The notes beneath the pieces were generated by a model. That model made no database searches. It saw only the letters and a program-made list of their open reading frames with translations, and had not been told where the DNA came from. From a bacterium (lineage in GTDB: Bacteria > Electryoneota > Electryoneia > Electryoneales > Electryoneaceae), in the NCBI GenBank assembly GCA_963675295.2, contig CAXXKJ010000002.1, positions 128,001 to 192,000 on the forward strand: a stretch of DNA of 64,000 bases, given 5' to 3'. This document shows positions 39,710 to 49,490 of this stretch, in pieces (positions within the stretch are counted from its first letter, which is position 1; every line of letters starts with the position of its first letter). A program made the translations under genes and the position numbers.

Positions 39710-41095
39710 ATGGAAACACTGAATCTCGGTGTGTTTGGAATGGATTGTGCGAAGCATCCCCAGCTCGTGGATCAGCTCGAGCAGGCGGGATGCCGTGTTA
39801 TTTGTTTGCCGGAAGTTCGAAAGAATCCGCTCGAGCAGTTGAATCACGTTCGACCCGATGCCGCACTCTACCTTTATAATGAGGACACCCTGAGCGAGGC
39901 GCCGAATGTGTTGAGTGGCGCCCCGGCGAATGCGTCTGTCCCCTGGGTGGTGCTTGTTGAGGACGAAAAGTCGGTCAACCAACTCCCCGCCCATTCCCTC
40001 AACGCGCACGGCATGTTGTTCTACCCGTTCCAGGCCAAGCAGATCTTTGCGATGGTTGAGCTGGCGATTCACTTGCACCGTCAGGAGCGGGTGAAGGACG
40101 TCATGCTCTCTCATTATGTAGAGAGTCTGCGGAATGTGAATGAGGCCGTGTTGTTGTCGGATCCGTTGGGACGCGTGCTGTTTGTCAACGAAAAAGCGTT
40201 GCGTCTGACCGGGTATGAAGACGCGTCCAACCGTCGTGTCGAGCAGGTGTTCAAGCTCGAGGACAATGGCAAACTGGACGTTGAGCACCCGGTGATCCAC
40301 TCGATGCAGCAATCGAACAACGGGCACGGCTCCCACCGCACGAACCTCGTCAACCGCAAGCAGGACTCGGTTCCGATCCAGTACCAGGTGAAGCGGATTG
40401 AACGCGGCGACAGCGTGCTCGGCGCGTGTGTCCTGTTCCACGAAATCCAGGCTCGTGCGACGGAAGACCCGCAGATCAGCCTGCAGGACTCGACCACGGA
40501 TGACGCCGCGCAGCTGGTGGTGGACAAGGTCAAGCGTGCCCGTCCAGACGAAGACAAGTCGGTTCGGATTCAGGTGCGCACGTTCGGCGAGTTCACGTTG
40601 ATTGTGGACGGCGACCGGATCGAGACGAACAAGTGGCGGTCGAAGAAAGCGCTGGACGTATTTTCCTACCTGTTGCTGCATTACGGCCAGCCGGTGCACA
40701 AGGAAGTGTTGATCGACTTCCTGTGGCCGAACCTGGATACGCACACTGGCAACCGCCGGTTGTTGAACGCCGTCTCGGAATTGCGCAAGTATCTCGAGCC
40801 GGACGCGAAGCGTTATTCCCGCAACAGTTTCGTCCGTCACGAGTCGGGCGTTTACCGTCTCGATTTCGGCGAGAACGTGTACATCGACACACTGGTCTTC
40901 CGCGAATTGGTGCGCAACGGCGATTACCAATGGGCAACCGGCCAGAAGCGGTTGGCGCGGACCTTCTACCTCGAAGCCTTGCAGCACAAGGACGGCCAGT
41001 TCTTGCCGCGCTACCTGTATGAGCGTGAATTTGAAGAGGCTCGTGAGCAGTACGATATCACCGAGGAACGCATTCGTTCGCGGATCGAGGAGTAG
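39710..41095 (+). CDS. Transcriptional regulator: degenerate receiver + PAS + wHTH + truncated BTAD (paralog of 30919)
   Basis: EAVLLSDPLG..FVN, VRTFGEF, WRSKKALD, LIDFLWP, SELRKYLEP; start at 39698 or 39710. Confidence 0.82.
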   Translation: METLNLGVFGMDCAKHPQLVDQLEQAGCRVICLPEVRKNPLEQLNHVRPDAALYLYNEDTLSEAPNVLSGAPANASVPWVVLVEDEKSVNQLPAHSLNAHGMLFYPFQAKQIFAMVELAIHLHRQERVKDVMLSHYVESLRNVNEAVLLSDPLGRVLFVNEKALRLTGYEDASNRRVEQVFKLEDNGKLDVEHPVIHSMQQSNNGHGSHRTNLVNRKQDSVPIQYQVKRIERGDSVLGACVLFHEIQARATEDPQISLQDSTTDDAAQLVVDKVKRARPDEDKSVRIQVRTFGEFTLIVDGDRIETNKWRSKKALDVFSYLLLHYGQPVHKEVLIDFLWPNLDTHTGNRRLLNAVSELRKYLEPDAKRYSRNSFVRHESGVYRLDFGENVYIDTLVFRELVRNGDYQWATGQKRLARTFYLEALQHKDGQFLPRYLYEREFEEAREQYDITEERIRSRIEE

Positions 41096-41513
41096 CCGGA
41101 CACCATCCGGTAGCTATCAGCACAATCGTGTTGTGCGCTATAGTTTAAAGTGAACGGTCGCCGCCTGGCGGCCGTTTCGTTTTGTGCCCCAGACATTCAT
41201 GTCTGGGATCACCCCCCTCGTGTGTGCCCGTGTCAACTTGCATGTGCCCCGGATGGCTTCGCCAGCCGGGATTATCCGAGGGTCAAGTATTCGGGGGACA
41301 TGTGAACAGATCGGTGTCGAGGATTCAACGTGATGCCGCCGGATCGACCATCGTCTGAACAGTGGACATCAGCAGGTCAAGCCGTTCACATGTCCCCGAT
41401 CAATCCGCGGTAGCGAACCGAAGCTCCCGCGGGCATCGAGACGCGAATCTTGTCCCGTTCCCGCTCCGCGCCTATGTTACCAGTACACGGTCAGAAAAAC
41501 CCTGAGCCGATCA

Positions 41514-43232
41514 ATGACACACGCACCGTCCGGATTGACCCTCATCCCCTCGCGAAATCGTGGCTCCTCCGCGTTTGGTTCTGTACTTGCATTCGCGTTC
41601 CTGCTTGTCCTGCTGACGGTCATTCCGCTGAGTTCGCACGCTGAATGGACCAGCGAGGGTGTCATCTTCAACAACGGTGATTTCGTCAACTACTTCGAGG
41701 CGGTCCCGTGTCCGGCGGGCGGGATGTGGTTCGTCTGGGCGGAGAATTACGACTGGGATACCACCGAGATCTACGCGCAACGGATCACGGAAGAGGGCGA
41801 TCTGGTCTTTCCCGAACCGCTAACTCCTCACGACGAAGCGCTGGATGGGGATATCATAGCCGGCGCATTGCCAGGAGAAGATGGGTCGCTTCTACTTGTT
41901 TACGCCCGGATTGATACGGACGGTGTTACCCGCTTGTTTGTTCAGCGATTTGCATTGGACGGAACCCGGCTTCACGATGGATTCGGACAGTACGCATCCG
42001 ATCCAGACAATCAATCAACCATCTATTTCTGGGGGATTGGGGCAAGAACAGACGACAATGGTGGCTGCTGGACACTGTTCGATCAACACGGAGCGCTGTA
42101 CTTGAACGGATGGAACACAGATGGAACACAGAAGCTGGATGAAAATCTGGAGATTTCCGTTAACACTTCGGATAACGACAGCCGGTTGATCCCTGATGGT
42201 GCTGGCGGTGTGATTCACATGGAGGTAAGGCCTCCTGAAGATCCTTACCCGGATCAGCCAGACATCTATATGCAGCGGTACAATTATGATGGAAGCACAC
42301 AGTTTCCCGAACCTCTGCTGGTTAACGAGGACGGAGGTGATCTAATCGACGATCGCGATTATCTGGTGATGGATGCGCAGAATGATGGCGTGTTTCTGTT
42401 GACGGAAAATCACTGGCAGTACTACGACAGTGCTTTCAATCCATTATGGCCAGAAGTTGTGGATCCGTATGTTGGCAGTTTGGATGGATCAGTTTTATCC
42501 CCACCAGTAGTATTTCAAGATAATACCGTTGTTCAAGCATTAAGTGGACATAGTACTGGGAATGGGATGATGTTAATTCATGCGGATGGAACAATAGATA
42601 ACTCTACTGTCTATCCTATTCCATTATTTCAAATAAGTGCAGTGCGTGATTTGAAGTTAAATTCTGATAATCATCTTGTTACGCAAATATGTTTAGATGT
42701 AGATAGTGAGCATGAACAATACTATATTGTGATTTTCGATTCACTTGGAAATGAAGTACATGATCGTGTTCAGATATTTCCGGAACCACGCGATTGGATA
42801 TCACCACATTTTGACTGGATTAAGCGTTTTGATGATGTATCATTTTTGACGATGCATCTTTATAATGAATATTGGCGCTTATGGAGATTTGATGAGCTCA
42901 CTGGCGCGATTTACGGTAGACCTGATGCGGTTTCCGAATCGGGATCGCAGTCGCTCCCTCAATCCTTTTCGATCACGTCGGTCTATCCGAACCCGTTCAA
43001 TTCCGCCTGCACAATCCAGATCGACGTATCACGCCCCACCGCGCTGTCCTTCGCCGTGTATGATATCCTCGGGGCGCTGGTTCACGAAGAGAGCATTGGC
43101 GAAACAGCTGCCGGAATGCACACGATTCACTGGGCCCCGGTCCCGGATCACGCGTCCGGCCTGTATTTCGTTCGACTCCAGGATGGGGCAGCGGGACTCA
43201 CGCAAACGCGCAAGATCGTGTTAATCAAATGA
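41514..43232 (+). CDS. Secreted protein with PDGAGG-type repeats and T9SS CTD
   Basis: Signal peptide, IYAQRI/IYMQRY and PDGAGG motifs, PNPFN...RKIVLIK. Confidence 0.82.
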   Translation: MTHAPSGLTLIPSRNRGSSAFGSVLAFAFLLVLLTVIPLSSHAEWTSEGVIFNNGDFVNYFEAVPCPAGGMWFVWAENYDWDTTEIYAQRITEEGDLVFPEPLTPHDEALDGDIIAGALPGEDGSLLLVYARIDTDGVTRLFVQRFALDGTRLHDGFGQYASDPDNQSTIYFWGIGARTDDNGGCWTLFDQHGALYLNGWNTDGTQKLDENLEISVNTSDNDSRLIPDGAGGVIHMEVRPPEDPYPDQPDIYMQRYNYDGSTQFPEPLLVNEDGGDLIDDRDYLVMDAQNDGVFLLTENHWQYYDSAFNPLWPEVVDPYVGSLDGSVLSPPVVFQDNTVVQALSGHSTGNGMMLIHADGTIDNSTVYPIPLFQISAVRDLKLNSDNHLVTQICLDVDSEHEQYYIVIFDSLGNEVHDRVQIFPEPRDWISPHFDWIKRFDDVSFLTMHLYNEYWRLWRFDELTGAIYGRPDAVSESGSQSLPQSFSITSVYPNPFNSACTIQIDVSRPTALSFAVYDILGALVHEESIGETAAGMHTIHWAPVPDHASGLYFVRLQDGAAGLTQTRKIVLIK

Positions 43233-43501
43233 TGTGGTGTTGTCGTTGTATCCCGCCATGCCCCGATGCCGTGATCCTATTTACCGCGGACTTAAGTCCG
43301 TGGTAAGCTGCAAGGATTCGATCGACCGCTGACCGTAGCCCGACGCCCGCAATCCTTATCCCACAGCCAGCAATCTTCAGCCCGTTGACCGCGGTCCGCA
43401 GTCCGCAGTCCATTGTCCGCAGCCCGGTCCACTGTTGCCCCCACCGGTTCCCGCCAATACATTCCTATCCGATTCCACCCATCACCAACCTTGAGCGTGC
43501 C

Positions 43502-44386
43502 ATGAAGGGCATCATCCTCGCCGGCGGCAGCGGATCGCGTCTGTTCCCGGCGACACGCAGCATTGTCAAGCAGCTCCTGCCGATCTACGACAAGCCGATG
43601 ATTTACTACCCGTTGTCGGCGTTGATGCTGGCGAACATCCGTGAGGTGCTGATCATCTCGACGCCAGAGGACACTGACCGCTTCCGTGCGTTGTTCGGGG
43701 ACGGGTCCGACTACGGCATGCGCTTCGAGTACATCGTGCAGCCCAGCCCGGACGGCCTCGCGCAGGCATTTCTGCTCGGAGAGGAGTTCCTCGACGGCGA
43801 CGACGCGGTACTCGTGCTCGGCGACAACATCTTCTACGGTCACGGGTTGGTCGAAACGCTGGTCCGTGCGCGGAAACGGGTCGAGGAAGACCGTCGCTCG
43901 GTGGTGTTCGGCTACGCGGTGCAGGACCCGCAACGGTACGGCGTGGTTGAGTTTGACAAGACTGGCCGTGTGTTGTCAATTGAGGAGAAGCCGTCCGATC
44001 CGAAGAGCAATTACGCCGTCGTCGGTCTGTATTTCTACACGAATGACGTGGTTCAGGTGGCGAAGCAGGTGAAGCCGTCCGCGCGCGGCGAGCTGGAGAT
44101 CACCAGCGTCAACCAGGCGTACCTCGACAAGGACAAGCTGGATGTCGAACTGCTCGGACGCGGGTATGCGTGGCTCGACACTGGCACGCATGAAAGCCTG
44201 CTCGAGGCGTCGTTGTTTGTCCAGACGATCGAGAAGCGGCAGGGGATGAAGATCTCGTGCATCGAGGAAATCGCGTATCGCAAGGGGTATATCGACGTTG
44301 ACCAGTTGCGCGCGTTGGCGGCCCCGATGGCGAAGAACGAGTACGGGCAGTATTTGTTGCGTCTCGCGGATGGGAAGCTGGTGTAG
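43502..44386 (+). CDS. rfbA: Glucose-1-phosphate thymidylyltransferase
   Basis: [66 protein letters not shown]. Confidence 0.97.
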   Translation: MKGIILAGGSGSRLFPATRSIVKQLLPIYDKPMIYYPLSALMLANIREVLIISTPEDTDRFRALFGDGSDYGMRFEYIVQPSPDGLAQAFLLGEEFLDGDDAVLVLGDNIFYGHGLVETLVRARKRVEEDRRSVVFGYAVQDPQRYGVVEFDKTGRVLSIEEKPSDPKSNYAVVGLYFYTNDVVQVAKQVKPSARGELEITSVNQAYLDKDKLDVELLGRGYAWLDTGTHESLLEASLFVQTIEKRQGMKISCIEEIAYRKGYIDVDQLRALAAPMAKNEYGQYLLRLADGKLV

Positions 44387-44653
44387 GCAAGCGACTGTGC
44401 AGTACTTCGTGCCCGTTGAATCCAACGTGCCCGTGTTTGCTTGCAAACGCGGCCGTGATTCGAACGGCCCGAAGTGTTCGTGCCCGTGTCAAAAAACTTG
44501 CTGACTCGGCCCCGACAAAACCACAAAACGCCCCCGGTCAATGGACTGGGGACGTTCTGCGTTCAGGGGAAGAAAGCGAACTACGCTCTACTGCTATGGA
44601 TCAAACACTTCCAGGATATTCAAATTCGTTATACGGTGCATTGTCCGTCACCG

Positions 44654-44839
44654 TTATGACTTACGGCATGTGCTGATACCGAACGGCAGGTACAGCGGGC
44701 ACCAGCGAATTAATGCCGTCGCCAGCGGAATGATGCCAATCGCACCCCACCAGCTCTTGAAGTAGATGCCGATCCCGATGATCAGCACTCCCAGCACAAT
44801 TCGGATAATCCTGTCCGCACTGCCTATGTTGGCGTTCAT
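44654..44839 (-). CDS. DUF2892 / YgaP-like small membrane protein
   Basis: NIGSADRIIRIVLG...WCPLYLPFGISTC; GGAG RBS. Confidence 0.85.
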   Translation of the reverse strand: MNANIGSADRIIRIVLGVLIIGIGIYFKSWWGAIGIIPLATALIRWCPLYLPFGISTCRKS

Positions 44840-45289
44840 CGTTCCACTCCTCCAGGGGGATGTTGCCTGCCCTTTGGATGCACGACGTGGCAAAAGGTGA
44901 CAGCGTATGGTCTCCCCGGAGAGTTCGGGACACCTGACATTTCCGTGACACTCAATGACGCCGGGGCCTGTATACTAATCCCTGTCTGGTGTTCCAGACA
45001 CGAATTCGTTTCACACGGTGAGGTCGATGTTCCCCCGCATCGTCGTCACAAACATCCTGACGCTCATGTCGAGCGTGTATTGCCTTTTTCTCTCCCAAGC
45101 CGTGTCAAGTGTGGGGACGACCGCCAGCCCCCTGAACGGTCGTCCCCCTGACCGGCACTCCCGTCGCGCACACCTTTTTCACCTGGACCGCTTGTCCCCG
45201 GCTACTGTCACGTACGGCTGTTTCCTGCGGCAGTCCGGCGTTCTGCATCGTAGATTCCAGCGTCAAACCGGTGAAGGTTCAGGGAAACG

Positions 45290-46396
45290 ATGACCCCGTT
45301 TTGGAAAAAGATCCGTCCCCGCAGTCGGCTTCTGTTGTTCCTCTTTCTATCGACGTTCATCGCGGCGCAGGTGAGCTGGTGGGTGATCTACCAGGTGCGT
45401 ACCGCCGAACGGGTCGAAACGTTGCAGCACGAGGTATGGGATCGGGAAATTCGTGTCGCGGACCGTCTGATCGCACGGCACGAAGCGGTCACGGACAGCA
45501 TGGCGGCGCTGCTGAGTACGCTGTTCGAGGATCTGGAATACAGCCATGATCTGAACGGCGTAATTGTGAAGCAGGAGGCCCGTGAACGGCTGGCGTCAGA
45601 AACGACAGACGTCGCCCGCATGTTCGCGATGGAGAGCATGACGTTCCTCGTCATCATCCTCGCCGGGATGATTTACATGTACGTGACGTTGCGGCGGGAG
45701 ATCCAGGTCGAACGGCAGTATGCCAACTTCCTGTCCGCGGTGACCCACGAGCTGCGCAGCCCGATCGCGGCGATGCGGCTGCTGATGGAATCTCTGCAGG
45801 GGGACCTGACCCCGGACCAGCGCGACCGAGTCCTGCTCAACATGAACCGCAGCCTCGACCGTTTGCACGGCCTGATCGACCGTTTGCTGACCACCCGTGA
45901 ATTTGTCGGCCAACGGCGGCCGTTACGGGCGCTGAATGTGGTCGACCTCGGCGAACACACCCGCCGTGTGATTGACGAACTGTACGCGCACCATCCCGTC
46001 GCCGCCGGACGTCTGCAGGTCACAGTCGCCCCGTCCCTGCCGGCCCGGATCCACAGCGGGCACTGGGGAATTCTGGTCAGCAATCTCGTCGACAACGCGT
46101 TGAAGTATTCGGACAGCGAACAGCCGGTGCGGGTGGATGTGTCGCGAAAGGGGTCACGCGTGGTGTTGACCGTGGCCGACATGGGCGAGGGCTTTTCGCA
46201 CTCGGAACGGCAACGGATTTTCAAGCGTTTCTACCGTATTGGCGAGGAAGACACCCGCACCGCCGAAGGCAGCGGATTGGGGCTGTATCTCGTGCGCGAG
46301 ATCGCGCATTCATTCCGGGGTGATGTGCATGCGCACAGCGACGGTCCCAACAAGGGCGCGACATTCACCGTGCGCGTCCCGCTGGCGAAGGACTAG
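45290..46396 (+). CDS. Two-component sensor histidine kinase
   Basis: Two TM helices, VTHELRSP, NLVDNALKYS, DMGEG, FKRFYR, GSGLGL. Confidence 0.93.
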   Translation: MTPFWKKIRPRSRLLLFLFLSTFIAAQVSWWVIYQVRTAERVETLQHEVWDREIRVADRLIARHEAVTDSMAALLSTLFEDLEYSHDLNGVIVKQEARERLASETTDVARMFAMESMTFLVIILAGMIYMYVTLRREIQVERQYANFLSAVTHELRSPIAAMRLLMESLQGDLTPDQRDRVLLNMNRSLDRLHGLIDRLLTTREFVGQRRPLRALNVVDLGEHTRRVIDELYAHHPVAAGRLQVTVAPSLPARIHSGHWGILVSNLVDNALKYSDSEQPVRVDVSRKGSRVVLTVADMGEGFSHSERQRIFKRFYRIGEEDTRTAEGSGLGLYLVREIAHSFRGDVHAHSDGPNKGATFTVRVPLAKD

Positions 46397-46607
46397 CCTC
46401 AAAGTGTGTGCCCGTGTCAGGATGTGCCCGTGTCAGCTCGCTGACGCGGACCAACCAGAACTTGAATGGGTGGTGGAGATCTTGCCCGTGTTGGCTCTGA
46501 CAACGCGGGTCATCCCAGACAGAACTGCCTGGTGCATGTTCCATGGACTTAGGTCCATGGAACTGAGGTGTTCGAGAGACGAAAGACGAGAGACCAGAGA
46601 CGATCAC

Positions 46608-47300
46608 ATGTCCCAGCGAATCCTGATAGTCGAAGACGAAGAGGCGATTGCCCTCGGGTTGCAGTTGAACCTTGAGCGGGACGGGTTTATCACCGAACTC
46701 GCGGTGGACGGCGAGGTGGCGCTATCGTTGATTGAGTCGTGGCAGCCCGACCTGGTGCTGCTCGATGTGATGCTGCCGAAGCTGAGCGGGTTCGATGTCT
46801 GCGACCGGGTGCGGAAAAGCGGCAACCGTGTCCCGATCCTGTTTGTCACCGCGAAGGACATGGTCGGCGACCGGGTCAAAGGGCTCGAACTCGGCGGGGA
46901 CGACTACATCACGAAACCGTTCTCGATGGATGAACTCCGCTTGCGCATTCGTGCGATGCTGCGCCGTCAGCAGTGGTACGAGAGCACCCCGGAACAGGGT
47001 GACGTAGTCGAATTCGGCGGCAACAAGGTCGATCTGTCGGCGTATCGTGCGACCACGCGGGACGGTGTCGTCACGATGACGCAGAAAGAGACCATGGTCC
47101 TCAAGCTGCTGATCGAGAACGAGGGCCGGGTGATCGACCGTGGCACGATTCTGAACCGGGTCTGGGGCGAGGAGATGTATCCCAGCGCGCGCACGGTGGA
47201 CAACATCATCCTCAACCTGCGCCGCCGTTTCGAGGTCGACCCGAAGAATCCGAAACACATCTTCACGCACTACGGCGCGGGGTATTCCTTCCAACGGTAG
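46608..47300 (+). CDS. OmpR-family response regulator
   Basis: ILIVEDE, LLDVMLP, VTAKD, DDYITKPF, RTVDN, YGAGYSF. Confidence 0.95.
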   Translation: MSQRILIVEDEEAIALGLQLNLERDGFITELAVDGEVALSLIESWQPDLVLLDVMLPKLSGFDVCDRVRKSGNRVPILFVTAKDMVGDRVKGLELGGDDYITKPFSMDELRLRIRAMLRRQQWYESTPEQGDVVEFGGNKVDLSAYRATTRDGVVTMTQKETMVLKLLIENEGRVIDRGTILNRVWGEEMYPSARTVDNIILNLRRRFEVDPKNPKHIFTHYGAGYSFQR

Positions 47301-47301
47301 A

Positions 47302-49404
47302 CTATTTCAACACAACCAGCTTGCGGAATTGAGTCTGCGTCCCGGTGTGCAGTTGCACGAAATAGATGCCACTTGCCAGCTCGGACGCATCGAACGTCAG
47401 CGTATGCAAACCAGCCGGGTATTCGCCTTCCACGATTCGCGCAACTTCCCGCCCGACCGTGTTGAACACCGCCACCTCCAGGTTCGCATGATCGGGTAGC
47501 GTGATCACAACCGACGTCCGCGCGTTGCACGGGTTCGGGCTCACACTCATCTCGAGCTTGTTGGCGTTTACGTTCTCCACGCCGGCATCTGATGCTTCCG
47601 GATTCAGAGGCGGAACAAGGCCGCTTCGCGGATACCAGTCGGTGGGAGTGAGTGCATCTGGATCGATCGCGGCCACTGTGTTACCCGGCTGCTTCGCGAA
47701 CTGGAAGCTGTCGGTGTCGATGATCAAATCCGGGTGCATGCCGATGTGCATGATGTGCTGGTACACCCCTGCGGGCGCATACCCGGGCACAAACTGGGCG
47801 AACGGCAGGCTTGGCTGGTAGACACCTTGCGGTCCCAGTTGGATTCTGGTACTCATGACCGGGCCGATCACGTTTCCGTTCGGCAGCTCGACATCCGCCC
47901 AGAGCTGGCCGCTGACAGGGTATTCCGTCGGATTGACTACTCGTACCCAGTACCAGTACCCACCGCCCGCCGGCGGGACAACCAAGGACGGTTGGAAGGG
48001 TGTGATGGTCAACGTTGGCAGTGACGTGATCACGAAGGGTGCGTCGCTGAAATCCTGATACGGTTGGCCGACAACCTGAAGGCGAATCAGATATTGGTCA
48101 TCAAGAATAAGGTCGTCGGGGATAGTCCACTCGTAGATGCCGTCGTTCTCTGTCGATTCGACAATCACCCGTTCCAAGTTGCCATCGAGGAACAGTTCGA
48201 TACGGACGTCATCGTCGATCGTGGAATTCCAGACGATATTTCGTGTGGTACCTGTTCGCAACACTTCGCCACCATTGGGGAATGCGACACGAAGTTCATC
48301 CGCGCCCCCGTTCAGACATTCAAAGAGATACACAAAACCATTATGGTAGCTATGGTAATACTGTACCGGTATAATCACGTCATAGTCGGAATCGCCATCA
48401 ATATCTAAAGCACTCGAGTCCCATATATTATCAGAATACCAGGGAGACATCCAAATTGTGTGTTCATTCCACGAACCACCGACCCCATCTTCGTTTTGAT
48501 AAAATGTCAGCCTTCGGTCACCTACAGCAATAATATCAATATCATGGTCATTATCAATATCGGCTACACTTGTCCGTCTTTTTTCTGAATCAGCATCGAC
48601 ACTATAATGTATCATATTCAGGCCATTTCCACTCGAATTATTCCACCAGGCGACTTCACCTCCAGTAGTGCAAGTAACAATATCAATATTTCCATCGCGA
48701 TTAATATCAGCAGCCGAAGGCGAACCTGCACCTGAAGGAAAATCTCCTGCGCTATGTTGGTTCCAGGAATTTCCGTTCACATCATTTTCCAGCCAATAGA
48801 GATTGATATAGTTCTCTTGATAGACAATATCACCATCTCCATCATCATCTATATCAATGACCAATGGTGAATCTATTGCATTTTGATCATCAACAACAGG
48901 ATGTTCTGTCCATTGCGTTCCCAAACCATTGATATTTTCATACCAATATATACCCACAAAGGCACTAGCAACGATATCCATATCTCCATCGTTATCTATA
49001 TCATATGTATCACAACCCAACCACCCATATATTGAACTAACAGTTATTTGATGACTAACCCATTGATTCATAGTGCCCGTGTTTTCAAACCAATACTGAA
49101 CTATACTTTCAATTTCGCAGGCAATAACATCGAGATCACCGTCATTATCAAGGTCAGCCAATTCAACGCTCCAGTATTCTTCTTCGTCTATTAAATATTC
49201 ATCCCAGAACTGACCATCGTTGCTGTTGATGTAGGTTCGAAGATATCCGCTCAACACAATATCAGGATCTCCATCGAGATCCAGATCACCCGTAGCAATA
49301 TCTATCGCATAGCTGAAATCGTCGATCGTTCTTTGTTCCCAGGACGGTTGTGCAATCGCAGCAATCGGCAGGCAGACCAGCAAAACGAGGCAGAACCAAC
49401 GCAT
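47302..49404 (-). CDS. FG-GAP-repeat protein with Ig-like domain, pre-CTD module and T9SS CTD
   Basis: Signal peptide MRWFCL, DLDNDGDLD repeats, PNGGE motif, PNPCN CTD. Confidence 0.87.
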   Translation of the reverse strand: MRWFCLVLLVCLPIAAIAQPSWEQRTIDDFSYAIDIATGDLDLDGDPDIVLSGYLRTYINSNDGQFWDEYLIDEEEYWSVELADLDNDGDLDVIACEIESIVQYWFENTGTMNQWVSHQITVSSIYGWLGCDTYDIDNDGDMDIVASAFVGIYWYENINGLGTQWTEHPVVDDQNAIDSPLVIDIDDDGDGDIVYQENYINLYWLENDVNGNSWNQHSAGDFPSGAGSPSAADINRDGNIDIVTCTTGGEVAWWNNSSGNGLNMIHYSVDADSEKRRTSVADIDNDHDIDIIAVGDRRLTFYQNEDGVGGSWNEHTIWMSPWYSDNIWDSSALDIDGDSDYDVIIPVQYYHSYHNGFVYLFECLNGGADELRVAFPNGGEVLRTGTTRNIVWNSTIDDDVRIELFLDGNLERVIVESTENDGIYEWTIPDDLILDDQYLIRLQVVGQPYQDFSDAPFVITSLPTLTITPFQPSLVVPPAGGGYWYWVRVVNPTEYPVSGQLWADVELPNGNVIGPVMSTRIQLGPQGVYQPSLPFAQFVPGYAPAGVYQHIMHIGMHPDLIIDTDSFQFAKQPGNTVAAIDPDALTPTDWYPRSGLVPPLNPEASDAGVENVNANKLEMSVSPNPCNARTSVVITLPDHANLEVAVFNTVGREVARIVEGEYPAGLHTLTFDASELASGIYFVQLHTGTQTQFRKLVVLK

Positions 49405-49490
49405 CGGACTTTCCCCCAGAAATTCCATTTGACAAACAAAGATAAGGCAATCGGGGCGGGAAAACTCGCAGGCAGGCAAATCCGGGTATT

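Noticed and set aside
43502-44386. O-antigen or rhamnose biosynthesis cluster
   Set aside because: rfbA stands alone; no rmlB/C/D or adjacent glycosyltransferases are present.
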